A DNA stretch of 64,000 bases from an uncultured Actinomycetes bacterium (GTDB taxonomy: Bacteria > Actinomycetota > UBA4738 > HRBIN12). Position 1 is the first letter of the stretch, and each line of letters opens with the position of its first letter. The DNA lies in the NCBI GenBank assembly GCA_963799625.1, contig CAWCXU010000013.1, positions 36,939-100,938 on the forward strand, read 5' to 3'. The notes beneath the pieces were generated by a model that ran no database searches, was not told the origin of the DNA, and saw only the letters and a list, made by a program, of their open reading frames with translations. Shown in pieces: positions 22,300 to 32,193 of this stretch. The position numbers and the translations under genes were made by a program.

Positions 22300-23623
22300 T
22301 CAACCGGCTCGACAGGCGGGCTGTGTCTGACTTGGTGGCGGTGACGTCCGCGAGAAGAGCCCACCCAGGGTCTGGTGGACGTGCTTGAAGACATGGATCT
22401 GCTTCACGTATGGCTTGCCATGGGTCGGGAACGACAACCCTGCCGAGGTAGATCGGAGCGATCGCCTGGTGACGTCGGTCGAGGGTGATGAGCCCTTCCG
22501 GCGAGTGATACCGAAGGTGTGCGAGTGCGTCCGAGAACCGACGCTGCCCGTCGGATAGGTCCCCGTTCACCTTCTCGAGCGCTTCGAGCACGGGCTCGAC
22601 CCCGTCGTAATAGGGCTGATTACTCAAGTACGGGTCGTCTAACCGAGGGAACGCATCGCTGAAGGCCTTCAAGTACTGGCGCCACGCGGGCGGCGCTGGT
22701 CGAAAAGGGTCCGAGCTCGCTCCAACAACGCCTCGCAGCACGGGATCCGGTTTGGGATATAGCAGTTGCCAACCCACGAGGAGATGCCGCTTCAGGGGCG
22801 CATGCGCCTGTTCCCAGCGAGGTGCCATCGTCCCGGTCCCACCGACGGGGCCGAAGACGGTCGTCCCGGTCAGGAGAAGCCCGTCGACCGTCCCGGGGAT
22901 CTTGGACACCAAGTGTCCTGGATCGACCTTGTGCGGCGACTGGTCCAGGAAGAGGCGATCCGCCTCGGCGACCTGGCCTCCGAGCGAACAGAACGTCGCG
23001 ATGAAACCTCCAACTTGGTACCCGGGTTCGTCGGCATCGCCGAAGGTGGCGGCGCTGTTCCATCCGAGCGTCCGCCGCGCGTAGGTGCCGAGCGGAGCTG
23101 TCCATTGGTACTGCGTCGGCCTCGAACCGGTAGAGGTTGGGAACCGATCGCTAAAGCGTCGACGATTGCTCGATGCCTGTGGCGATGAACGTGACGTCGG
23201 GATGGGCGCGCGCGTACTCGCGCACCGCGACGCCGTCGAGCGGCCAATCAGCGCCGATGACGATGTCCGCGCCGCGGCGCTCGACCAATGTGCTCAGCGC
23301 CGAGATCGTGGTCGAGCGATCCCCACCATCGTTCGCACGCATTCATGAGCTCCACCGGCCGGCCACCCACCGGCATGCTCGTGACGCCGTCCCGAGGGTC
23401 GCGCTGGCGATCGGATGCGCGCCTCGCTCGATGAACGGGAGTTCGGCACCTGCGAGGTTCAGCGTCGCGATTCTGCGCGAGGGTCCCCTCACAGATCGTG
23501 ATGACGCCGATCCGGATCGGATCGGGACCGGCGGCCGGTGGCGGCGGCGGCGCGGAACAGCCGACGAGCGTGATGCAGCGCAAGGATCGGCGCGACGAGC
23601 GGCCCGGGTCGCCTAGCTCGCAC
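22300..23623 (-). pseudogene. Branched-chain-amino-acid-type (PBP type 1) solute-binding lipoprotein, several frameshifts and an in-frame TAG
   Basis: LVGC lipobox, IRIGVITICEG, LVERRGADIVIG, PNLYRF, LGTYARRTLGW, YYDGVEPVLEALEKVNGDLS spread across frames. Confidence 0.7.
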
Positions 23624-25472
23624 CCGCGACCGCCCAAACAGATCCGTCGCCGACGCTGACATCGGTCGGACTCCCGCCGACGACGAAGGTGGCCGATGTG
23701 CCAGTTCGAGGGTCGACCTTCGAGATTGTCCCGTCGATCGCGTCCGCGACCCAGACAGCGCCGTCTCCGACGGTTACGCCCATCGGTTCGCGACCGACCG
23801 GGATCGTCTGCACGACATGACCGGACGCGGGATCGATCTTGTACAGCTTGTTCGTGATCTGACCGGTCACCCAGACATGACCGAATCCGACGGCAACGTC
23901 CGCAGGGTCGAACCCGAGCGCCGTCGCTCTCGGGACGAGCGGCGGACGGGAGGTGTCGATGCGCCACAGCCGTTGATCTCCCACATCGCCGATCACCCAG
24001 ACCGCGTCCTTGCCGACCGCCAGACCCGAGAGTTGGTCCCGGCCATGTTCATCATCGTCGATGGTTGGGATCGGCACTTGATGCACGGCTTGGTCGACAT
24101 ACCCCAGGACGGGCTTGACCTTGTACACCGTGTCGCCTGCGATGCCCCAGACAACCCTCCCGGTCCGGTCGCGACCTGGGTCGGATCGCCGAGTTGATTG
24201 ACCTCGGTCGCGGTTCCCGGTCACAACGTGGGCCACCGGCAGCGTGGGTCCTGAAAAGATGCGTTCCATGCCGACGCCGTCGAAGACCGCATAGACAGAA
24301 TGGTCCGTTGCGGCGAGCGCGAGGCCACCCACGGGGGTGTCCGGTCGTCGTGACGGCACCTGAGCCGGGATCAAGCTTCCAGAGAACGTCGCTGGGGTAC
24401 GAGGCGGCCCACACGCCGCCCGCTCCGACCGCCACGGCCGTCGGCTCGTCGCCGATCGGGATACGTGCCGCGGACGCTTCCGGTGTCGGGGTCGATCTGG
24501 ATCAATCGTCCCGTCAGTTCGGGCGAGCCTTGGGTGGCAGCCCCAGCACGCGCCTTGGTTGGCGGGCTCGCCTCGGGCGAGCAGTCCCGCCACGACGGCG
24601 ATGCCGATGATGGCCGCGATCGCAGCGACCGCGAGCAGCGGCCATCGCGACCTCCGCTCGTGCGACACGCCCAGAGCGTCGGCCGCAGCCTCGACCAACT
24701 CCCCACAGGTCGCGTAGCGCGCCTCGGGGTCCTTGGCGAGCGCCTTGGCCATGACGTCCTCGAGCCCCGGAGCGGCAGGCGGCTCCTCCTCGAGATGCGC
24801 GTACAGCAACGCGACATCAGATCGGATGGAGAACGGTGCGCTCCCGGTGAGGCATTCGTAGAGAACGCATCCGAGGGAATAGACGTCGGCCCGTCCGTCG
24901 ATGGCGTCGCCTCGGATCTGCTCGGGAGCCACGTAGTCGATCGTGCCCAGGGACGCTGCGATTTCCGAAGCCTTGGCGGGATCAGACGAAAGCCGGCTGA
25001 GGCCGAAGTCGGCCAGGTACGCCCGATCGCTCGCGTCGATCAGGATGTTCGAGGGCTTGACGTCGCGGTGGACGAGACCCTGCTCGTGCGCGGCGTCGAG
25101 CGCGCTTGCGACCTGACGACAGATCGCGATCGCCCGCTCCGGCTCAGAACGCCGTCCCGCAGGATCTCCCTGAGATCGCGGCCCTCGATGTACCGCATCG
25201 CGATATAGAGGTGGCCGTCCTGATCGCCCGCCGCCGTAGATCGGCACCACGTTGGGGTGCTCCAGTGACGCGGCGAGGCGCGACTCCGCAAGGAACCGAC
25301 CGCGGAAGCCGGTGAACCCCGCGTACTCCGGAGCGATCAGCTTGAGCGCGACGTTCCGTTCGAGCGCTCGGTCGCGCGCGCGATAGACGACGCCCATGCC
25401 GCCACGGCCGATCACCTCTTCGATCTCGTACCCGAGAAGATCGGAGCCGATATGAGGATCCGAAGCCCGCAT
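23613..25472 (-). CDS. Hanks Ser/Thr kinase - TM - YVTN beta-propeller (local frameshifts)
   Basis: IGRGGMGVVY, ALK, HRDVKPSN, DFG, APE; TM segment; VAVGFGHVWV / VTVGDGAVWV repeats. Confidence 0.88.
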   Translation of the reverse strand: MRASDPHIGSDLLGYEIEEVIGRGGMGVVYRARDRALERNVALKLIAPEYAGFTGFRGRFLAESRLAASLEHPNVVPIYGGGRSGRPPLYRDAVHRGPRSQGDPAGRRSEPERAIAICRQVASALDAAHEQGLVHRDVKPSNILIDASDRAYLADFGLSRLSSDPAKASEIAASLGTIDYVAPEQIRGDAIDGRADVYSLGCVLYECLTGSAPFSIRSDVALLYAHLEEEPPAAPGLEDVMAKALAKDPEARYATCGELVEAAADALGVSHERRSRWPLLAVAAIAAIIGIAVVAGLLARGEPANQGACWGCHPRLARTDGTIDPDRPRHRKRPRHVSRSATSRRPWRSERAACGPPRTPATFSGSLIPAQVPSRRPDTPVGGLALAATDHSVYAVFDGVGMERIFSGPTLPVAHVVTGNRDRGQSTRRSDPGRDRTGRVVWGIAGDTVYKVKPVLGYVDQAVHQVPIPTIDDDEHGRDQLSGLAVGKDAVWVIGDVGDQRLWRIDTSRPPLVPRATALGFDPADVAVGFGHVWVTGQITNKLYKIDPASGHVVQTIPVGREPMGVTVGDGAVWVADAIDGTISKVDPRTGTSATFVVGGSPTDVSVGDGSVWAVAGAS

Positions 25473-25526
25473 GCTCCTCCCCGTCCGCGCAAGAGGATAG
25501 AGCAACGCGCGATCCGTTTTTCCTCG

Positions 25527-25557
25527 TCGTAACCCTCTCGTAAGGGCTGCGGTAAGA
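25527..25557 (+). promoter_or_regulatory. Three GTAA-core direct repeats (11/12-nt period), possible SARP/wHTH site
   Basis: tcGTAAcc-tcGTAAgg-cgGTAAga in the divergent kinase/NHL intergenic region. Confidence 0.4.
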
Positions 25558-25621
25558 GGTCCTCTGCATCATCGTCGCGCCGGCGTCCGAACCGATCGGG
25601 CGCGCGAAGGGGGGACCGACG

Positions 25622-26935
25622 ATGAGCGGTCGAACGACGAAGTTCCGGCTCTTGGCCAAGGCGGCGGAGGCGCGCACGGCACGCAAGTGGATGACCATCA
25701 CAGTCGCGTTCGCCGTTGGGATGAGCCTCACTGCGGTCGCGCGAGCGCAGCGCGGGTCGCAGTCGACAGAGACGACGACGTCGACGACGGGCGCCATCGA
25801 TGCAACCCATGCAAGCCCACCGACGTGGGGGCTGGCGGGGCGCCCAGGCTACTCGGACATCGCGTTCTCCCCGGACGGCACGCTGTACGCGGTCGACGCG
25901 CTGAACGGGCGCGTCTACAAGGTGACCGACACGGGTCCCCAGGGTCGAACGAGGGTGGTGGCGGGCTCGGGACCCGGCGTGAGCCTCGGCGCGGGCGGCT
26001 ACCAGCACTGGAAGAACATCCCCAACCACGGATGGATCACCGTCGGCGCCTACGGCGGCGATGGGCAGCATGGCACCGACGCTCTGTTCAGCGCGCCGTT
26101 TTGGCTCACCTTCGACGCCGTGGGGAACATGTTCATCGCGGATCATCTGAACGGCCGGATCCGTGAGATCACGACCGACGGGTTCGTGCAGACCGTCGCC
26201 GGCACGGGCAACGGCGGTCCGCACTACGGCACGTGGACGTCTGGCGTCGGACCCGAAGCCGGCGACGGCGGGCTTGCGACGCACTCGGTGCTCGAGGAGC
26301 CGTTGGGCCTGGCGGTCGACTCGCACGGCAACCTGTACATCGCGGACCGAGATCACGACGCGATCCGCAAGGTCGACACCAACGGCATCATCACCACGGT
26401 GGCGGGCACTGGGGTAAAGGGGTTCAGCGGCGACGGCGGCCTAGCCACGCAGGCCCAGCTCCACCGGCCGCTCACGGTCGCGTTCGACGCGGCGGGCAAC
26501 ATGTTCATCGATGACGAGAACAACCGCCGCATCCGGATGGTCGATCATCACACTGGCGACATCACCACGGTCGCAGGGAACGGCCAATACGGCTGTGGTG
26601 GCGATGGCGGCCCGGCGGTCGACGCCTCGTTCAAGGATCCGAACGAGGTCGGCTTTGCGCCCGACGGGACGATGTTGGTCTCCGACAACGAGTGCCACAA
26701 CATCCGCGAGATCGCCCCGGACGGCACGATCTCGACGCTTGCGCAGCGCAAGAGCGACTCGTGCACGAACCTCGTCGGCGTCGATGTCAGTCACTTGCCG
26801 GTCGGGGCGTACACGTTCGGACCCGACGGCGAGCTGTATCTCTCGGTGTGCAACCGGATCATCCGGGTGGACGACAACGGGATCACGCATCTGTTCGCGC
26901 GAGCTCCGCTGATGTCGAACCTGCCAAAGCCGTAA
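25622..26935 (+). CDS. Secreted NHL-repeat (teneurin-like) beta-propeller protein
   Basis: Repeats of GDGGLAT..L..P.GLAVD..GNLYIAD..IRKVD..GIITTVAG. Confidence 0.88.
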   Translation: MSGRTTKFRLLAKAAEARTARKWMTITVAFAVGMSLTAVARAQRGSQSTETTTSTTGAIDATHASPPTWGLAGRPGYSDIAFSPDGTLYAVDALNGRVYKVTDTGPQGRTRVVAGSGPGVSLGAGGYQHWKNIPNHGWITVGAYGGDGQHGTDALFSAPFWLTFDAVGNMFIADHLNGRIREITTDGFVQTVAGTGNGGPHYGTWTSGVGPEAGDGGLATHSVLEEPLGLAVDSHGNLYIADRDHDAIRKVDTNGIITTVAGTGVKGFSGDGGLATQAQLHRPLTVAFDAAGNMFIDDENNRRIRMVDHHTGDITTVAGNGQYGCGGDGGPAVDASFKDPNEVGFAPDGTMLVSDNECHNIREIAPDGTISTLAQRKSDSCTNLVGVDVSHLPVGAYTFGPDGELYLSVCNRIIRVDDNGITHLFARAPLMSNLPKP

Positions 26936-26954
26936 CCGGTAGGGCGGCCGAGGT

Positions 26955-26991
26955 CGGGTGCTCCCGCAGCGTTCAGCTGCGGGAGCACCCG
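26955..26991. terminator. Intrinsic terminator-like hairpin
   Basis: Perfect 16-bp stem CGGGTGCTCCCGCAGC, 5-nt loop, 19 bp after the NHL stop. Confidence 0.8.
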
Positions 26992-27049
26992 TTCGTCTCA
27001 GCGCCGCTCGACCGGTTCGACTCTGTAGTTCGAGTTACCCAACGAAGGG

Positions 27050-27085
27050 CGCACGGACCAAGCGGTTCGCCGCACGGACCAAGCG
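27050..27085. repeat. 15-bp direct repeat x2, 21-bp period
   Basis: CGCACGGACCAAGCG at 27050 and 27071. Confidence 0.7.
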
Positions 27086-27140
27086 ACACGCGGTTATCTA
27101 CACAGAGTCTTCTGAGGACACACAGTGCCTTCCTCATCCC

Positions 27141-28599
27141 CTATCTCTTGGATCGGATCGGCAGACCGCCCCTTGGTGCGTACATCGCGACGTCGAGCGC
27201 GCGGGCGGGACGCCTGGCGAGCGGCAGCATCGTTGCGACCCGGCCGTCCTGCAGGAACACCGCGGCGATGTAGTCGCCCCACATGCACCCTGCCGGCGTG
27301 CACGGGAACCAGCTCGGCCGCATACGCCACCCGAGTGCGACGGGCGCGCCCCAGCCGTCACGACCCGATGACGTGTACCCGACGGTCACCGAACACGCCG
27401 ACGGACGCGAGAACTTCGAGCACCTCGTCCCGCCGACGGCGTAGAAGACGACCGCCTCCCGGGTCTTGCGCCCCCGGGAACGAACGGCGATGCCCGGCGT
27501 CACGAGCGACGTCGCGGTCGCAGGATCGGCGCGCGCCGCGATCGCAGGCTAGTGTCCACGTCCGGCCGTCGGGTGAGCTCGACACGACGATGTCATCCAG
27601 AGCGCATGACGGTTCGAAGCGACAATCGGACCAAGCGATATGGATCGTGCCGTCTTCCCCGATCCCCGCGGACGGGAACCCGGGATCGCGGACGGGAAGT
27701 TCCCGCGGAGATCGGCGGACCTTGGAGATCGTCGACGAGCCTCCCCATGAGCGACCGCCGTCCAACGACGCGAACTCTGCGATCGCCGGGTGGAAGGGGT
27801 TCTGGGTGTTGAGGTAGACGACCGTGACCGAACCGTTCGGCCGAACGAGCGGGATCACGCCGGACCCGCGTCGCCTGGTCGGCGGTTCGAACGGGAGCGC
27901 TCCAGTTCCGGCCGCCATCACGTGACGTGGACGCCAGGACGACCTCGTCTGGGCCACCGAAATGCAGACCCAGTTCGTCCCACAGCGCGTAGCACCGGCC
28001 GAAGTAAGGGCTCGCGCGGTGGTCGTCGCAGGCGACCCAGGGCTTATCGAAGACGATGCCCCGGGGCGCTCGCGCGACCACGACCGGAGCAGAGAACGAA
28101 CTGCCGTCCCCCGACCGAGCAACCAGGACGGCGGAGCGGCGCGGGATCAGATACGGCCCGGTGAGGTCGAGTCCCAGGAAGCCGACGAGCCACCCGCTGC
28201 CCCCCGCTCCGTACGAGACGCTCGGATCGCTCGCTCGCTGGTAGCGGCCCCCGGCCGCCTCCGCCGAGCCAGGCAGGATGCGGTCCGACCAGGAGCGGCC
28301 GTCGTCCGTGGACACCGCCACACCGATCGCGACCGATCCTCCCTCGGCGGCCCGTCCCACCTGGTAGGTCGCCACCGCGGTCCGGCCATGCGCGACGACG
28401 TCCGGTTCGACCTCGCTTCGGTGCTCGTAGCCGGGGTTGGTGAACGGATCGTGGCTCACTTCCTCGAGCACGGCACTGGGCCGAGCCGAGGCAGAGCTCG
28501 CGAACTGCGGCGCGAAGGCGACCAGTCAGTACAGCGATCGACAGCGATGCGCAAGCACCGCCACGTTGAGAAGCGGCTACTTGTGGGGAGGATCCTCAT
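27141..28599 (-). pseudogene. Secreted sialidase-like (BNR/Asp-box) protein with several frameshifts
   Basis: STDDGRSW, SRDGGRNW, SLDGGRSW, SPDGRTW Asp-boxes; DKPW; WGDY. Confidence 0.78.
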
Positions 28600-28725
28600 G
28601 CACGCACCCTACGCACAACATCCGCGCGACGTGTACGCCCGACGGGCGTGAGGAGCTCCATGGACCGATCGGGGCGGATCCCTCGCTGTCGGTGATTCGC
28701 GGCCGCAACCGCTCGCTCAAGGCTG

Positions 28726-29373
28726 TCAGGATGTGCCGAGCAACGAGCGAAGTGCGTCGGCGACCGCCGTCCCGATCGCGCGATGTGCATCCGCCTCGAA
28801 ATGTATCCCGTCGAGCGGCGTAGGTTCGGCGATCCCGCGGAGGTCGAGGAGCGCGACGCCGGCTCGATCAGCCATCAGCCGGTAGCACTCCGAGAATCGC
28901 TGCGACTCCTCGACCGCGTGCGGCGAGAGCTCGGCCTCCATCGCCGGCAACGGCAGGAACGGCGGCGGAGCCACGACGAGGATGGGGATCTCGGGCCGGG
29001 GATCGGGGTCGGGCCGGGTTCTCACGTCCTCGATGAGCGCCTCGACGCCCGCGGCGGCCCACGCCGCCGTCACACCCGGCAAGCAGACGTCGTTCGTCCC
29101 GAGGAAGATGACGAGCCCATCGAGCGGTTCGTGGAGCTCGAGGCTTCGCAGCAGACTCTCCTGGCCGTTGCGGCCGGGAGAGCCCGGGAACTCGAAGGTC
29201 GTCGTGCGTCCACCGAGGCCGTCCTCGATCAGGTACCAGTCCTCGACCCCGAGCGCGCGCTGCGCCACTCCCGTCCAGCGTTCCCAGCGTCCGAGCCGGC
29301 CCTCGGTCGACGCGAGGAAGCCGTGGGTGTTGGAGTCGCCGAAGCACAAGACGCTTCGCACCGTTGCAGCCAT
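28726..29373 (-). CDS. SGNH/GDSL hydrolase (esterase/deacetylase)
   Basis: FGDSNT, GLGGRTT, LGTND, DGIH. Confidence 0.92.
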   Translation of the reverse strand: MAATVRSVLCFGDSNTHGFLASTEGRLGRWERWTGVAQRALGVEDWYLIEDGLGGRTTTFEFPGSPGRNGQESLLRSLELHEPLDGLVIFLGTNDVCLPGVTAAWAAAGVEALIEDVRTRPDPDPRPEIPILVVAPPPFLPLPAMEAELSPHAVEESQRFSECYRLMADRAGVALLDLRGIAEPTPLDGIHFEADAHRAIGTAVADALRSLLGTS

Positions 29374-29423
29374 CGGGCCGCGACGATACCCGCTCCTCAG
29401 CGGACGGTCGATGCGAATGGTCG

Positions 29424-29453
29424 TTGACTGGTCTCCAACTGGTCCGATAGCGT
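29424..29453 (+). promoter_or_regulatory. Sigma70-like promoter with tandem ACTGGTC operator (leaderless gntR)
   Basis: TTGACT-N18-TAGCGT, 6 nt before ATG; ACTGGTC x2; same layout at 33977. Confidence 0.65.
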
Positions 29454-29459
29454 CCACGC

Positions 29460-30224
29460 ATGGTGTCGTCTTCCTTGCCCACGGCGACGATCGGCGAGGT
29501 GGAGCAGCCGCGCTATCTGCAGCTGGCGGGGTTGATGCGCGGCGAGATCGACGGCGGGGTCCTGCAGGTCAACGATCGGCTTCCCGGCGAGCGCGAGATC
29601 TGCAAGCGGTTCGGCGTGAGCCGCACGACCGTCCGCCATGCGCTCGAGGAACTCGAGCGCATGGGCTACGTGCGCCCCGACCCGACGCGCGGCTGGTTCG
29701 TGACGCCGTTCGTCGAGCCCAACGCGCTGCTGGGGTTCACCGATCTGGCCGACGAGCGAGGCCTCGATGCCGCGTCTCGAGTGCTCACGTGTCTCGCCCG
29801 CGAGGCGACCCTCGAGGAGGGCGACGCGCTCGGTGCACCACCCGGCGCCGAGGTCCTCGAGCTCGAGCGGGTGCGGCTGCTCGGCGGTGTGCCCGTCGGG
29901 ATCCAGCGCGCGGTGGCGGCGGCCTGGCTCGCACCGAGTCTCGTCGCGCAGGACTACGCCGCCGACTCCTTGTATCGCGCGTTCCGCTCGGACGGGGTAC
30001 TCCCCGCGCGCGCCGACTACGACGTCCGCGCCGGCACGATCGACGCCAAACGGGCGAAGCTCCTCGATGTGCCGACGGGAGCGAGCGTGCTGCTGATCAA
30101 GGCGACCACCTGGGATGAGGCCGGCCGCCGGATCGAGGTGTCGGAAGGGACGTTCGCGGGAGAGCGGTACCGGTTCCGCGCGTCGGTGGCCGCGTCCTCG
30201 GGACCAGAGACCGGGCCCCGGTGA
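29460..30224 (+). CDS. GntR/HutC-family regulator with UTRA domain
   Basis: LPGEREICKRFGVSRTTVRHAL; UTRA-like C-terminus. Confidence 0.92.
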   Translation: MVSSSLPTATIGEVEQPRYLQLAGLMRGEIDGGVLQVNDRLPGEREICKRFGVSRTTVRHALEELERMGYVRPDPTRGWFVTPFVEPNALLGFTDLADERGLDAASRVLTCLAREATLEEGDALGAPPGAEVLELERVRLLGGVPVGIQRAVAAAWLAPSLVAQDYAADSLYRAFRSDGVLPARADYDVRAGTIDAKRAKLLDVPTGASVLLIKATTWDEAGRRIEVSEGTFAGERYRFRASVAASSGPETGPR

Positions 30225-31252
30225 CCGCCGCTTCGCCCACGGCTCCCGGCGCCGCGCCGGCCTCCGGCGACGCCGCCCCCGCGGCGACCCCCCACCCGAT
30301 CCGCGAGCTCCTGCTGCAACGTTCGCTCTTGGGATTGCTCACCCTGTTGCTCGTCTCGGTGATCGTGTTCGCGGCCACGCAGGTGCTGCCCGGGAACGCG
30401 GCCTACGCGGTGCTCGGGCAGACGGCCACGCCGGAGTCACTCGCCGCACTCGAGCACCGGCTCGGACTGGACCAGCCCGCGTTCGTCCAGTACTGGCATT
30501 GGCTGTCGGGTGTGCTCCGCGGCGACCTCGGGACGAGCCTCGTGGGACAGCAACGGCCGGTCGGCGATCTGGTGTGGCCGCGGGTGCTGAACTCGGCCGT
30601 GCTCGTCCTGCTCGCCGGCGTGATCGGTTCGGTCCTGGGCGTCGCGCTCGGGCTGTTCGCGGCGTTGCGGCGCGACAAGCCTTCGGACCACGCACTGTCG
30701 GTGCTGTCGCTCGGCGTGACGTCGCTCCCGGAGTTCGCCGTGGCGATCGCCCTGGTGTTCGTGTTCGCGACGAACGTGTTCCACCTCTTCCCGGCTGTTT
30801 CCCCGATCCCCCCAGGCGTCCCGCCGTGGCAGGAGCCTTCGATGCTCGTGTTGCCGGTGCTCACGCTCGTCCTCGTCGTGGTGCCCTACATCTTCCGGAT
30901 GATGCGCGCCGCGAGCATCGAGGCGCTCGAGAGCGACTACGTGGAGATGGCTCGCCTGAAGGGACTCCCGAAGACGGCGGTCCTGCTGCGGCACGCGCTG
31001 CCGAACGCGCTGCCGGCCACGATCCAGGCGATCGGGCTCACCTTCCTCTACCTCGCCGGCGGGATCGTGCTCGTCGAGTACGTGTTCGCGTATCCGGGGA
31101 TCGGGGCCGGTCTCGTGTTCGCGGTCACCGACAAGGACATCCCGGTGATCCAATTCATCGTCCTGCTGCTCGCGGCGTTCTACGTCTTCGTGAACATCGT
31201 GACGGACGTGGCGTCGCTGCTCGCGAGCCCTCGGCGGCGGGTGCCGCGATGA
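30221..31252 (+). CDS. Dpp/Opp ABC permease (DppB-like)
   Basis: GDLGTS; DYVEMARLKGL EAA loop; HALPNA. Confidence 0.92.
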   Translation: MTAASPTAPGAAPASGDAAPAATPHPIRELLLQRSLLGLLTLLLVSVIVFAATQVLPGNAAYAVLGQTATPESLAALEHRLGLDQPAFVQYWHWLSGVLRGDLGTSLVGQQRPVGDLVWPRVLNSAVLVLLAGVIGSVLGVALGLFAALRRDKPSDHALSVLSLGVTSLPEFAVAIALVFVFATNVFHLFPAVSPIPPGVPPWQEPSMLVLPVLTLVLVVVPYIFRMMRAASIEALESDYVEMARLKGLPKTAVLLRHALPNALPATIQAIGLTFLYLAGGIVLVEYVFAYPGIGAGLVFAVTDKDIPVIQFIVLLLAAFYVFVNIVTDVASLLASPRRRVPR

Positions 31253-32193
31253 CGGCGGAACCTGTCGCCGTGCCACGGGTTCGTCGCTCGGAGTTCGGTC
31301 ATGTGCTCCGCAACGCGATGCGCACCGGGCGCGGGCGCGTCGGCCTCGTGCTCACGCTGTTCGTCCTGCTCGTCGCGTTCGTCGGCCCGTTCTTCACGCC
31401 GTATGACCCGACGGCCTACATCACGACCCCGTTCGCGAAGCCGTCGGCGATCGCGAAGCTCGGCGGGGACGTGCTCGGCCGCGACGTGCTGAGCCGGGTT
31501 CTCGACGGCGGGTGGGAGCTGATCCTGCTGGCCGCGGCGGCAACGCTGCTCGGGGTCGCACTCGGGGCTGTGGCGGGCGTCTACGCCGGCTACCGGCGCG
31601 GCACGCCCGACACCATCGTGATGCGGGCGGTCGACGTGCTGCTCGCGTTCCCGCAGATCGTGTTCGTGCTCCTGCTCGTGTCGGTGGTCGGGCCGAGCGC
31701 GTGGCTGCTCGTGGTCGCGGTCGGGCTCTCGCACGCGCCCCAGGTGGCGCGCGTGCTCCGCGCCTCGACGCTCGACATCTCCGAGCGCGACTTCGTCAAG
31801 GCCGTGGAGATCACCGGGGTCTCGAGCCGGCGGGTGATGAGCGGCGAGATCTTGCCGAACCTCATCACGCCGCTGATGGTCGAGCTCGGTCTGCGGATGA
31901 CGTACTCGATCGTGATCATCGCCGGCCTTTCCTTCATCGGGTTCGGCCTGCCCCCGCCCACCCCGAACTGGGGAACGATGATCAACGAGAACCGGATCGG
32001 GCTGACGCTGAATCCCTGGGCGGCCATCGCGCCCGCGATCATGATCGCCCTGCTCACGATCGGCCTCAACACGTTCACCGACGCGGTCACGCGCGTGGCG
32101 CTCGGCGTCGACCGGGGCGAGGTCGACCCGCCGGCCGTCGCGTCGGCCCAGATCCCGATCGCGGTCGGCGCGGCGGAGGAGACGACCCCATGA
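31249..32193 (+). CDS. Dpp/Opp ABC permease (DppC-like)
   Basis: LGRDVLSR, EILPN, LSFIGFGLPPPTPNWG; ATGA overlap. Confidence 0.92.
   Translation: MTAEPVAVPRVRRSEFGHVLRNAMRTGRGRVGLVLTLFVLLVAFVGPFFTPYDPTAYITTPFAKPSAIAKLGGDVLGRDVLSRVLDGGWELILLAAAATLLGVALGAVAGVYAGYRRGTPDTIVMRAVDVLLAFPQIVFVLLLVSVVGPSAWLLVVAVGLSHAPQVARVLRASTLDISERDFVKAVEITGVSSRRVMSGEILPNLITPLMVELGLRMTYSIVIIAGLSFIGFGLPPPTPNWGTMINENRIGLTLNPWAAIAPAIMIALLTIGLNTFTDAVTRVALGVDRGEVDPPAVASAQIPIAVGAAEETTP

Noticed and set aside
27000-27050. tRNA-like GTTCGA motifs
   Set aside because: No cloverleaf, anticodon arm or CCA end.
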